64,000 bases of DNA from Anthoceros angustus (taxonomy: Eukaryota; Plantae; Anthocerotophyta), in assembly GCA_010909165.1 (NCBI GenBank), contig MU008206.1, positions 310,001-374,000 of the forward strand, given 5' to 3'. The position numbers and the translations under genes were made by a program. The notes beneath the pieces were generated by a model that was given only the letters and a program-made list of their open reading frames with translations, had not been told where the DNA came from and ran no database searches. Below, one piece after another: positions 39,455 through 51,248 of this stretch. Position 1 is the first letter of the stretch. Each line of letters starts with the position of its first letter.

Positions 39455-40400
39455 TGCCCTCCGCCACCCGCCTCCTCCTAGTCCCCCGCTTTTTCTGTCC
39501 ATAGTGCACACAAGTGTGTTTCCTTCCCGGTGACGGAGTTGCCCCCTCCGTGCTCCACCACCCCCCGCCTCCACACTCCTTGTTCCCGCCTCCTCGGCCT
39601 CCTCCTCCTCCCAAGCCCCTTCCGCCCTCCACCTCCATACATGGCCGTCACCTTGCTGCCCTGCACTCCTCCACCTCTTTTCCATTATTTGCTTGCCCAC
39701 CACATGCCCCCGCCGCCCGCCTCCATCACACCATTCCTGTGCATGCAACTTCCACCAACCTGCGATCGTGGTGTCGCGGCACCACAATTACGCCCACACT
39801 GCCACTGCTTCCCCACCGCTGCCTCCCTCCTGCATGCTTCCTCATGACCGCGCCCTGCCTCCACTTCACCGCTACTTGTTCATCGCCTTTCCCCCCTTCC
39901 AAGTCCCATCGCCTCCTCCGCCACCCGCTCCTCCTAGTCCCCTGCGTTTTGGCTGTCCATAGTGCACACAAGTGTGTTTCCTTCACAGTGACGGTTCTTG
40001 CCCCCTCGTGCTCCACCACCGACTCCGCCCTCCACACTCCTTGTTCCCGCCTCCTCCCAAGCCCCTTCCGCCATCCCAACGGCCTCCACCCTCCATACAT
40101 GGCCGTCACCTTGCGGTCGGGCACTCCTCCACCTCTTTTCCATTATTTGCTTGCCCACCTCCACCTGCCCTCCGCCACCCGCCTCCATTGACACCATTCC
40201 GGGCATGCTTCCACCAACCTGCGATCGTGGTGTCGCATGAACCTTCACCATGTCGTTTCCCCCTCTGCCTCCCTCCTGCATGCTTCCTCTCGTGCTTCCC
40301 GTCTCCACTTCACGCTACTTGTTCGCCGTCGCCTTTCCCCCCTTCCAAGTCCGTTGTGCCCCCGCCTCCTCGGCCTCCTCCCTCCCAAGCCCCCTTCCGC
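39455..40400. repeat. C-rich tandem repeat, ~460-bp unit, 2 copies plus a partial copy
   Basis: CCTCCGCCACCCG..CTCCTAGTCCCC...TGTCCATAGTGCACACAAGTGTGTTTCCTT at ~39459 and ~39915. CTTCCACCAACCTGCGATCGTGGTGTCGC at ~39749 and ~40208. Confidence 0.88.
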
Positions 40401-41213
40401 CCCATCTGCATTCCTTGCTAGCATCTAGACGTCCACGTCGCCACCACGTGCACCACTGTTGCCTCCCACCCCTTCCTTCCGTCGCCTCGGAAAGGCCACC
40501 ATATCAGGATCCATCTCCAATTCAATGTCATTAAGCAAAATGGTCATTTCCCTTGTTCTCCTTGCAATGGCTTGAACCTATGGTGTCTTCTCATACACTC
40601 CCTGCCTTACCCGCTGTAGGAACTCAGGCACAGAACCCCCACTATCGCGGACCGCCCACAGAGGCTGCATGGAAATCGTCCTCTTCAACCTCCCATACTC
40701 TGCCTCTTCTTCCGTTGGAAACCGCCCATCTTGATTCTCAAACCTCACCACCCGGCCAGACGCCTCCCTTTCCCCATGGGTTTGGACCCATCCTCCCGTT
40801 TTGGCTAGCCTCTCTTTTGCTGCAATTTCTTGATGGCTCAAACCTCCCGTTCCTCTTCAGCTCCATCCGAGCCCATGCAAGGGCATCTTCTCACTCTTTG
40901 TCACCCACCATGCTCGGTTTCTTCCCATGTCCTCTGCTCCATTTCTCTAGCGTTGAGTTAGGGTTTTGTATTCTATATAAACTCTTTCTTCGGATGGTAT
41001 TGTCTTTTCCTGGGGTAGCTCCGAGGGCTGAGGTCCTTCCTTTAGCTGCGTCTTTGTTTTGTATTCCAAGGTTTCCCCATGTCCGGAGTCCGAGGTGCTG
41101 TCCAGTTTTGTAGCAGTTTGAAGGCGAATTTGCTGTTTGTTGTGATGCGAAGTTGTTACTTCCGAAAGCCAAGGTTGTTTGCCTCCGAAGGCCACGGTTG
41201 TCCGCTTCCGAAG

Positions 41214-41446
41214 TGATGAAATAGGTCACTATTAGGGCACTCTTCACTAGGGCACCTAGAACTTAATGATTTATTTATTTGGATAGGGCATTAAGTAGTT
41301 TAGGTAGTTTTCTTTAGTTGGTTACTTAATTGGTTATTTGTTACAACCACTTGGTTATAACCACTTTAGCCTTCTATATAAGGCATGTACTTTCTATCAA
41401 ATGTAATGCAACACATATTGCTTGAGCTTGTGTATGATTCTCATCA
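41214..41446 (+). repeat. 5' LTR (233 bp)
   Basis: Matches 48005-48240 except for about 1 substitution and small indels. Contains CTATATAA. Confidence 0.95.
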
Positions 41447-42363
41447 TGGTATCGAGCACACTTGCTCTTTGTTTGTGCATCCTCATGCATCTAAGTAGCT
41501 TATCTAGGAGACACTTTCTAATCTAGCATTTGCCTAGATGGATTGTGTTTATCCTAGAATTGCTATCTTTGCATGCATTCTTTATGCTAACATTTCTCTT
41601 CTAACAATGCTTTTATGCACTAATTCTTTGTTCTTCCTCCATGGATTTGTGTTCCCTTAGAAGGAGAAGGCATAGAGTTAAGAAGAGAAGTAGTCTGCAA
41701 GACAACAAGAACAAATTAGGAGCCCAACACATAGAAGCAATAGAAGACAACAAGCTATAGAGGAGAGATAGTAGAAACCTCCTCTTGTATAGCAAACTTC
41801 ATTGCATCTATTTTAATTTCTAAACCGGATCAAGGGAAGTTTATCAAGCTAGCTAGACGTGATTTGCTAGAAGTTTTAGTCCAATTCACGTCAAGGCATT
41901 AGAATTAGCTCTCCAACATATCCCAAATTTGAATCGGTATTAGTACTCCTTTATCTTCTAGTCTGCAAGACAAAAATAGCATAGAAACTCTTAGATTTCA
42001 AGAAATTGATAGTCAATTAGCAACTCTTAGAATCCAATCCTTTGATCTTAAGGGAGAATTATCTGAATTAAGGACAAAATTGTCTATTCTCTCTAAGGTT
42101 GATAATGCGCAGAGATTTGAGAGCATGCTATCATCATCCGAATCGGTATGATGCAAGAGAAGAGTTTCGTGCATGCAATAGAAGATGAGAGGTCATCAGG
42201 CCTAGTCCTCTAAATCACCTACAATGGCTGGAGTGATCAATAATGAAGAACAAACTGTTCCTAATTCCCCATTGGGTAATGATAATGCTAACACTTCATT
42301 GCATTATCATTATGGTGACGATTTGAAAGATAGATTCAATGGAAGGGATTATGACATCGGTCA

Positions 42364-45300
42364 TTGAGAATGCGAGGAGCTTTGCGGCAAAGAGACCTTT
42401 GGGGCATCGTCGATGGATCAATTCCAAGGCCACACGCCCGATTTGAACGTGAACTTCAACCTTCCGGGCGCCCAGGCGAGAAGGCACAAGATTTATTGGT
42501 CGGTGGACTTTCTCAACATATGGTGAGACATGTCGCTGCAAAGACCTCCAAGGATATGTGGACTCACCTTGCTCAATTATATTCATCTCGAGATGTAATG
42601 AGTATTGTTGCGACTTCACGTAACTTCCGCAACCTCTCAATGAAGGAGTCCGACACCATCGAACATCATGTTAATGCATTTCGATTGGCACGATCCCATT
42701 TGGAATCTTCAACTGGCGTACCTATCTCAGAGATGGAGGCTTACGTCATTCTCTTATCTTCATTGCCACCTTCTTATAGGGCTTTCATTACAACTCAAAA
42801 TGCGATGCAATGTCGAAAAAGCTGCAGATGAAGATCCAAATGAAGAGCCGGACATCGTGTTTCCGAACTTATTGGAGCATTGCTACAGGAGGAGGCAAGC
42901 AGCGTCATCATCACTCCGAGCCAACAAGCGGCGGTGATGTATTCACAAAGGGGTAGAGGAAGAGGAGGCGAGGCCGAGGTTCTACTTTCCAGACCCCATA
43001 TCCTCGCATACTTTCCATGATGGAGAGGCATCTTCTTCAACACCGCAAGAGGTAACAAGAAGGCGGGATTATATGTAATTGGTGCGTAATCCCAAATCAC
43101 ATGGAAAAGGATTGTCGTAAGAAGAAGAATGGGAACCTCGCAAGGAGGCCCCACACAGCTAACATTGCGTGAAGAAACAATCTTCCTCAACTCCAGCAGT
43201 GCTCACTGTGCTTGGCTTCTTCCAAGCCCTCCAATACCTCATGGTACTTAGACAGTGGAGCTACTTCACATATTTGTTACAACAGAAACTCTTTTGAGTC
43301 TTACTCACCAGCCACAGGACATCAGTCTGTCCTCCTGGGAGATGATCACAACCTACCCATTGCGGGTGTTGGTTCAGTTGTATTCAAGTGTGATTCAGGT
43401 CAGGTTCTTCATCTTCATCACGTCCTCCATGTTCCTTCAATGTGCAAGAATCTAGTATCAGCTGCAAGTCTTTGTCAAGAACACACTCTGCAGGTGATCC
43501 TTTATGCAGATAGTTGTCTTCTCTCTTTCATAAGTGATAGAAACTATACAATCTGCAGCACTTTAGATGATGGTCTCTATAGATTGTCGACAAGTGGGAG
43601 CCACCCATTCGCTAATGTTGCCATTCCAAACCCAAATGACACCTACCCAAACCATGCTTTGGCATTGTCGCCTTGGTCATCCTAATAGTCAAAAATTAAT
43701 CCAAATGTCTAAGGGAGCTTTATATAGAACCCTTGCCTTGCAAAGGTTGAACACCTACCTTGGTGCGAATCTTGTGTCCTCACTAAACGACATCAAGAGC
43801 CTTTCAAAATAAATCTCCACAAAGGGCCAAGTCACCTTTAGAGATAGTGCACATGACATTGTGGACCCTTGTCTACACCCTCCTTTAGTGGTAGTAGATA
43901 TTTTTGACCTTCACGGATGATTTCTCTCGTTTTGTCTTTTCCTACATCCTGAAAAACAAGAGTGATGCCTTTCACTTCTTCAAGGACTACATGAAATGGG
44001 CTGAGAGACTTACAGATCACAAACTCAAGACCTTACGTTCCGACAATGGTGGAGAGTTTACATCTCTTTTGAGGATTTTGTCGAGTGAAGGTATAGCTCA
44101 ACAACTTGATTGTCTACACTCCTCAACAAAATGGCGTAGCCGAGAACAAGAATCTACGCCTCCAAGAGATCACAGGTTGCTTATTGGTACAAGCTAAGTT
44201 ATCTAAGGCTTATTGGGCGAGGCCCTCCTAGACAACCTATCTCATGAATCGATTGCCTACATCAGTTCAAGGTATGACTCCATATGAAGCATTCATTGGC
44301 AAGAAGCCTTCTATTGACCACCTTCAATTTTTGGATCCCCACATATGTTTTTATTCCCAAAGCATTGCGTAAGAAGTTGGATCCCAAAGCGGCTAAGTAC
44401 ACTTTCATTGGCTACAAGGTATCAAAGGGTACAAATTGTTCAACCCTTCTACAAGGCAACTTTTATACGCCGAGTGTTACTTTTCATGAGTCTTACCTCT
44501 TTTCCCCCAGTGGGAGTGATAGGCTTGGTCCTCCTCTTGATGAGACCATTGACCCTTCTTATTTTGATGAATCTTGATTATTTCACTCCATTTCCCATTC
44601 ACGCTTCTCGTGTTCCTTTAGTTGAACCTATTATGCGGAGGAGGAGTTAGCATCTATTCCACAACTGGTACAACTCAGCAACGAACGATGTTGACATCCC
44701 AGAGGCGCCGGTTGACACTCATGATGATGAGTTTGATGACCCTCGGAGGATGACATTGTGGAGCCAGATCCCGCGTTGATCCCGCTCCCTGGATGATGCA
44801 CTGCACAAAGGTACAACCTTAGATCCCGACCTACTATCTCAGTCCTGCAGTTGGAAGGAACCTCCTTTAGGATACCTAGCTGTTTTGATGATCCTATACC
44901 CCTATATCACTTTATTCTCAAGCTGTCTACAAGGCAACTATAGACCCGGAAGAACCTCTTACCTTAAAACAAGCTTTCTCTTCTCGAAAAGACTTATGGA
45001 AGGTAGTCGAGATTCGAATATAATTCCCTAGTTAATAACTCTACATGGGAATTGGTCAAACCACCTAGGGGTAGGAAGATAGTAACCAGCAAATGGGTAT
45101 TCAAAATTAAAAGAAAAGGAGATGGTTCTATAGAAAGGTATAAGGCACGCCTAGTAGCGAGGTTTTACACAAATTCTGGTCTAGATTACATACCTTGGGC
45201 CACTTATGCCCCAGAGCCAAATTTGCCACACTTGAATGATATTTGCCTTATGTGCCCAACATGATCTTGAACTCCACATGATGGATGTTAAGACAGATAT

Positions 45301-46479
45301 ATTTGTATGGCGCTGCAAGAGGAAATATACATGAGACAACCCGAGGTTACAAGTCAAAGGCAAAGAAGATTGGGTATGCCGACTCATCAAAGGTTTGTAT
45401 GGCCTTAAGCGGTCGAGCAAGAATTGGAACTTAACCATACATGTACAACTTATTGGGAGAGGATTTAAGCAAAGCCGGTGATGCTTGTATGTACATCCTA
45501 ATATCCGCAATGATATATTTTATCTTCTACTTTATGTTGATGATGTTTTTATGGCAACAAACTCCCTTACTCTCCTAGCGAAACTAAAGCATGGCTTAGG
45601 ACTCTATTTGAGATGTCCGATCTAGGAGAAATGACATATGCACTTGGTGTTAATATTATACGAAATAGAGGTAATAAGACTCTAAGTATAGTTCAAACCA
45701 AGTATATTAAGGAGAGTTTAGCTAAATTTGGACTTGAGGATGCAAAGCACACCCACACCTTTTGCAAGTGGTGTTAGGCTTACCTCGATATGAGTCCCAA
45801 AACAATTGAAGAAAAGCTAGAAATGTCGTTCCATACCGACATCTTTGTTGGCACTCTAATATATTTATGCAATTTTACGAGACCGGATATATCTTTTGAA
45901 GTCGCCTCGCTCACAATTCTTGGAGAACCACGGGCGTGAGCCTTTGGATGTCTGTTAAGCGTATATTCGTACCTTAAAGGCACTATGTACAGGATCGATG
46001 TTCAAGCATACAGCATCAACACATTAACTCTAACGGCATATCGATGCCGATTATCTTTGGTGACCCGATACGAAAATCGTATCGGTATGTATTACTCTTG
46101 GAGGAGCACCAATATCTGGTCAAGTAAGAAACAACCTACTATAGCTTTATCTGAGTGTGGTACTAACCTCGGTCTAAAGACATAGTGTGGTCTAGGTTAG
46201 TTTTGAGTGAACTTCACCATCCTCAACTTAAGCCTACATCTTTGTTTAGTGATAGCGGGTGCCATGCACTTGCAGAAATCCTGTTTTCATTCTAGAACTA
46301 AACATATAGCTGTTGAGTATCACTACATAAGGGAAAAGTTAGAAGATCAAACCATAAATATTAGTTATGTTCAAACTTTAGACAATGTCGATTTATTAAC
46401 AAAGTCATTGGGAATTGAGTTACATAGGAAACACATGAAATGTTTGGGTATAATGGACACGTCCAAACCTTTAACCTAA
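42364..46479 (+). pseudogene. copia gag-pol (gag, zinc knuckle, protease, integrase, RT, RNase H) with many 1-2 nt frameshifts
   Basis: DLWGIVDGS (gag), CNWC..PNH..KDC knuckle ~43075, WYLDSGATSHI (protease), LWHCRLGHP, FTDDFSRF / LRSDNGGEF (integrase), KWVFKIK...YKARLVA, LYGLK, LLYVDD (RT), SSKKQPTIALS, HSRTKHIAVEYHYIRE (RNase H). Domain order is copia-type. Confidence 0.95.
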
Positions 46480-47036
46480 TACTCACCCTAGCGCCTTAGG
46501 GCCGATTTAAGATAACCTTAAAATCTTAGCCCATATTGTTTTTATTTTTCACAAACTTATTTCTTCTTCTATCTCAAAATATTGTCTTTTCCTTGTTCCT
46601 CATAGACGGTCAACATAGAACCTGGAATATTTTATATTAAAAATAAAATAATATTTAAGCAGTATTTATGATTAAAACAATAAATTCCTTAGCACCAAAG
46701 GCACTTACGGAAAATATGTTTGATATGTCCTGGAAATTCCTATGGGAGACTTGCTATTTTATCATGTGGATGGTAGTTTCCTCACATAACATATGAGTAT
46801 GGGACATCCACCTTGCTAGGGCCTCCTTTTGTCAATACAACTACAGCTTTATCATAATCACCTAATGGGAGATATTCAGATCGTAAAAGCCTATACTCTT
46901 CACTTCATTAGGCTGACCAGGATAGTTGTAGTCTTACACTTAGGAAACAAGGATTTACAAGGTTAGAACAATAAGCCACAAATTGAAAAGGAAACAAAAC
47001 TAGAAACTCGAAATTAGGAATCAACATATACCTTTT

Positions 47037-47787
47037 TCATTTTCCTTTCCTTTCCTTTCTTCTTTTCCTTTCCATCCTTCTTCCTCTTTTCTTCTCTCCT
47101 TCATCCTCCACCGCATCGCCAGAGCCACCAACACCAAAGGAAGGGATGGTCGACACTTCAAAGTCGGCCATCCCCCTCACCACAACTTGCCTCCATTCCG
47201 CTAGAGCTTGATGAGGGAAGGAGGGTAGGAGGCGGGAGGGAGGCCCCATGATACCGCAATGCGCATTTTTCTTTCCTAGGCCTTTCTTCACACATTGAAG
47301 TTGGGGCCCTCTCTCCTAATTTCATGACAAGAATGAACACACAGAACATGGCTTCCTTATACCGAGCAAGAGATTGGAGATCATCGTCAAGTTCGGTTTC
47401 GAGCCTTCTTCTTCCGAGGACTCCAAGATGATATGTCTTCTCCTCGGATTTCGGTGTTTGAGAGCTGGTGTGAGAGAGCGAGAATTTCTTTGAAGATTCA
47501 TTAGGCGGGAGAAGCGGAAGATTTCGGAGAAAGATGCCCAGAATCTCCCATGGGCATCCCTCTCCTGCAGGACGCCCTCACGGATTGAGGGCGCGGGCGC
47601 CCGGCGCGCCCGCGGGCGCCGCGCGGCCGCGCCTTCTGGCGCCCGCCACGGCGCGCCCGGCGCGGGAGGGGCGCCTGGCGCCTCGCCGCCGCCTGCGGTT
47701 TGATGAGGGAAGGAGGTAGGAGCGGAAGGCATGTCGATTCCCCCGTACATGGGCATGTGATGCCCATGGATGGTTAATAACCATCCA
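47037..47787 (-). other. Extra antisense coding-like region in the 3' part of the copia element
   Basis: Overlapping minus-strand ORFs 47322-47756, 47158-47349 and 47037-47291 in a GC-rich island between AT-rich flanks. TATAAAA on the minus strand at ~47814-47820. Confidence 0.4.
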
Positions 47788-48004
47788 TTTACTTTGATAA
47801 ATAGTTATTTTCCTTTTATAAATTGCTATTTTCCTTTTAAGCTCAATTATGAATATGCTTAATTTTCAACTTAAGTTCCCTTTTACTTAATGCTTTTAAG
47901 CTCACTTGACTTTAGAACTAGTTTTCAGTTCTAGGCATATTTTGACTTATTTTGAAGCTAGAGTAATTCTCTATCATCACACCCTAGTTCATAGTGAGTG
48001 GGAG

Positions 48005-48240
48005 TGATGAAATAGGTCACTATTAGGGCACTCTTCACTAGGGCACCTAGAACTTAATGATTTATTTATTTGGATAGGGCATTAAGTAGTTTAGGTAGTT
48101 TCTTTAGTTGGTTACTTAAGTGGTTATTTGTTACAACCACTAGGTGGTTATAACCACTTCTAGCCTTCTATATAAGGCATGTACTTTCTATCAAATGTAA
48201 TGCAACACATATTGCTTGAGCTTGTGTATGATTCTCATCA
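48005..48240 (+). repeat. 3' LTR (236 bp)
   Basis: Matches the 5' LTR and is followed by the TSD CGAAG. Confidence 0.95.
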
Positions 48241-49420
48241 CGAAGGCCAAGGTTTGCTCAGCTTAAAGGCCGATGTCTGTTTGTTTTCTGAGTGTCTTGG
48301 TCGTTTTGTGCGGCGCTTTTCTCCGCTCTTTTTCGCTACTCTTGCCTTGTATGCGCTCTTCTCTTTAGGTTTGTGTGTCTTGTAGTTTGTTACATTGTTG
48401 CGTTTCATGGCGGTTGTTGAGTTGGTGTTGAGTTTGTTTTGTACGCCTCTTTTTCCGCTCCAGCCGTTGATGACCTTACTTGAGCGGTTGTTTATGTGTG
48501 TTCAGTCTATTGCAATGAGGTGCAGTTAAGCTCTTGTGTGAAGTCATTTCCTATCGTTTTCTGTGTCTTTTCTCATTACGCATGTTGTGTCTTTGTCTTC
48601 TTATTACTTCCTCGAAACCAATATAAAAACCGTAAGGCCTGCTGGAGGCTAGTAGGGAGTTTTGAAGTTCTTGGTTGGACATTGAAGTATGAGCGCATGT
48701 TTCATTTACACTCACGTCTGCGACTTGCGATTGTTTAGATGGATAATTGGTCTTTATCTTTTCTTTGTTTTGTTGGAGTTTTTCGCCGTGTTCACGATGA
48801 TCATCTTCAGTCGCCGTAAGTCTTCTTATTTTGTTGCTACCGCGTTTCTGGATACATAAAGAAGTTTCCATCTTTATCTCCTATTTTTGTTTCAGTTGTC
48901 GCCTTGTGTTCGTCCATCGTAGAACATAGAGTTTTATGTATGTTCTTTGTCCAGTTTGTGAAGGTTTCTGTTATTTGTTTCGTTTAACATTTGGCTTGAT
49001 TGTCCTCGGAAGATGTTATGCATCTTCCTGTGAGTTTCCTGATCTTTCTTTCAGTTTCTCACCTCCGTATGTTTCGATGCAGGGGTTTGCCGGAAGCTTG
49101 AAAAGGATCGGACTTAACTGAATGTATACTCTGGAAAGTAATAACTGGTACGATCGTTTTTTGTTTGGTTGTGTCTTCCGTTTAGGGCTTTCAAGCCTCA
49201 CCATTGATTTCCCGTGTTGTCTGTCCATTGTATAGCTTTGCAGTCTTTTGGTTGTGTCGTTACTCTTACCTTTGTGTTGGTTCTGTTTTCTTCTCAGTTC
49301 ATAAGTTTGCTTATCTCCGGCATTCATTGTCTTGTAGACTAGCAATAAAGTTTTGTCAGCTTTGTAGCTTCCTTTCAGTTAATTATTTCCAGTATGTTTT
49401 GTCATGCAGAAGAGTTTGGG

Positions 49421-49800
49421 CGGCTTGAAGAATATCCGGTCGTAACTGGATAATACTGCAGGAAGTAATTATGGTGCGATTTCATTCTTTGTTTCCAACT
49501 GTTTGTTTGACTGTGTGTCATTTCAGGACTTCATTATATATAGTTTCTTTGTTTTGTTTGTGGCGTTTTCAGAGTTTGCTGTTAGCTTTGTTTGGTGCTT
49601 TTCGATTGCTTGTATGTCTTGGCGGCGAGGAGAGTGTGGGGGCTTGAACAAGATCACGAAGAAACACGAAAGCATCGATGAAACGTGGTATGTTTTCATC
49701 TTTGTGTCAAAGTGTGTGTCATTTCGGGACTTCATTATATATAGTTTCTTTGTTTTGTCATGCGAGAAGTAATTATGGTGCGATTTCATTCTTTGTTAGC
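49421..49800. repeat. Short dispersed direct repeats in a T-rich stretch
   Basis: GAAGTAATTATGGTGCGATTTCATTCTTTGTT at ~49462 and ~49766. TGTGTGTCATTTC.GGACTTCATTATATATAGTTTCTTTGTTTTGT at ~49512 and ~49713. Confidence 0.75.
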
Positions 49801-51248
49801 TTTGTTTTGTTGTTTGACCTTTACACGTTGTGTGGTACATTCCTGTCTTGCATTTTGACTTGTCGATATACATTATGCTTCTATTTCTTAATTTTTTCGT
49901 GCTTAATTTATGTTTTCTATGCAGGTTTTAGAGGTAGTAGCGGGGATCAATCTTATCTGGTATTTACTCTACATTATTTTAATTTGTATTTCATGCCATT
50001 ACGGATGTCAGAAATTACAAAGAAAAGGTTTCTTTGTTGGTTTTTGTATATCCCGGATCCGCATGAATGGTATTTACTGAATATGTTTTCTTTGCGGTTA
50101 GCGATTTGGTGGGATTTCTAGAATGAGCTTTCATCTAGATGTACAGTATTCACTTGAGTCAATTTTTTCTACCGCACGGTTTCAACATTTATGGTGGATA
50201 CATTTCACCCGACATGCCATGTTTTCTACTCTATTGTAATAAATTTTACTATATTGAGTAAAAAAAATGACCAAGTGGTCAATTCTCTCTCTAGAAATCT
50301 ACCCTCTAGCCCCCGAAAAAAAATCGAGCTAGCGTGAGGCCCAGACGAGGCCGCGACTTTACGTGGTATTTTGGCCCTTTGCGGTACTCAGTGGTTACTC
50401 TCCAACAACCGCCAACCATTTCTCCCATGTTTGCCTTCCAGATGTGAGCGGCGCGCGGAGGAAGAATCCATTCGGTGTCGTCGTCAATTTTTTCTACCGA
50501 TGGTGTCTGTTGGTGGCGAAACCAGCGCCTCCACGAGCGGGTGTTAGAGTGTTGTTGCAGACCAGCAGTTCCTATGAGGACGGTGGCGGCTACCCGGTCC
50601 CACTACGGGTCACCTGCAGACATTGCGAGAAGAGGGCCGGAGGAGATCCACTTTGAGGGAGCGTGGGTGGGCGTCCCTCGAGGCATCATCGCCAATTGGT
50701 GGCCAACCCTTCTTGAGTGGCATCCGCTTGCCACTCCCAAAGCCTCTGCGTGGTTCCACGGGGAGGTGGGATAAGGGTTTCTTTGAGGGAGCCTAGAGGT
50801 GAGGACTCTAGCAAGGAGGAGGGAGGAACAGGATAATATTTGAAGCGGCTCAATATACAAAGCCGCTTCCACCGAAAAAAGCCGCTTAGGAAAATCTCAA
50901 GAACTAAACCGCCGTTATAAGTGTGTCTGAGCGTGTAAGGCGAGTGCCTTGGTTGAATGATCGATTACGTGTTTTTAAACGCAGGTAATGGTGGATAAGG
51001 TCCGGCGCGGCATGCGGCGCCCGCTCGTGCAAACGGTACTTTAACTATGACGTGATATGGAGAACCCCAAAACAGTTTTTTTCATGTATTATGCGAGAAG
51101 GAAAGTAGGGAGGCGGCATGCGGCTACCCTCATACTATAATGTTCCAAACATGTCTATGTCATAAGAGAACCGGATTCGGAACCTAAGTACAATGGTCTT
51201 CCATGCGGTTTGAGTTTCGGAGGAAATTGTCGAACACGCTATCCATGA

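Larger units (their letters stand above)
41214..48240 (+). mobile_element. Full-length, recently inserted Ty1/copia LTR retrotransposon
   Basis: Near-identical LTRs at 41214-41446 and 48005-48240 (TGATGA...TCATCA). 5-bp TSD CGAAG at 41209-41213 and 48241-48245. PBS TGGTATC(A)GAGC (tRNA-iMet) at 41447. Purine-rich PPT before 48005. Confidence 0.97.

Noticed and set aside
39400-40534. Numerous Pro/Gly/Arg-rich ORFs on both strands
   Set aside because: By-products of a C-rich tandem repeat; frames are not conserved between units.
50265-50300. Small hairpin TGACC-AAGT-GGTCA followed by CTAG, resembling a Helitron 3' end or a TIR
   Set aside because: The stem is only 5 bp, the next base is A rather than T, and no matching opposite terminus was found in the window.
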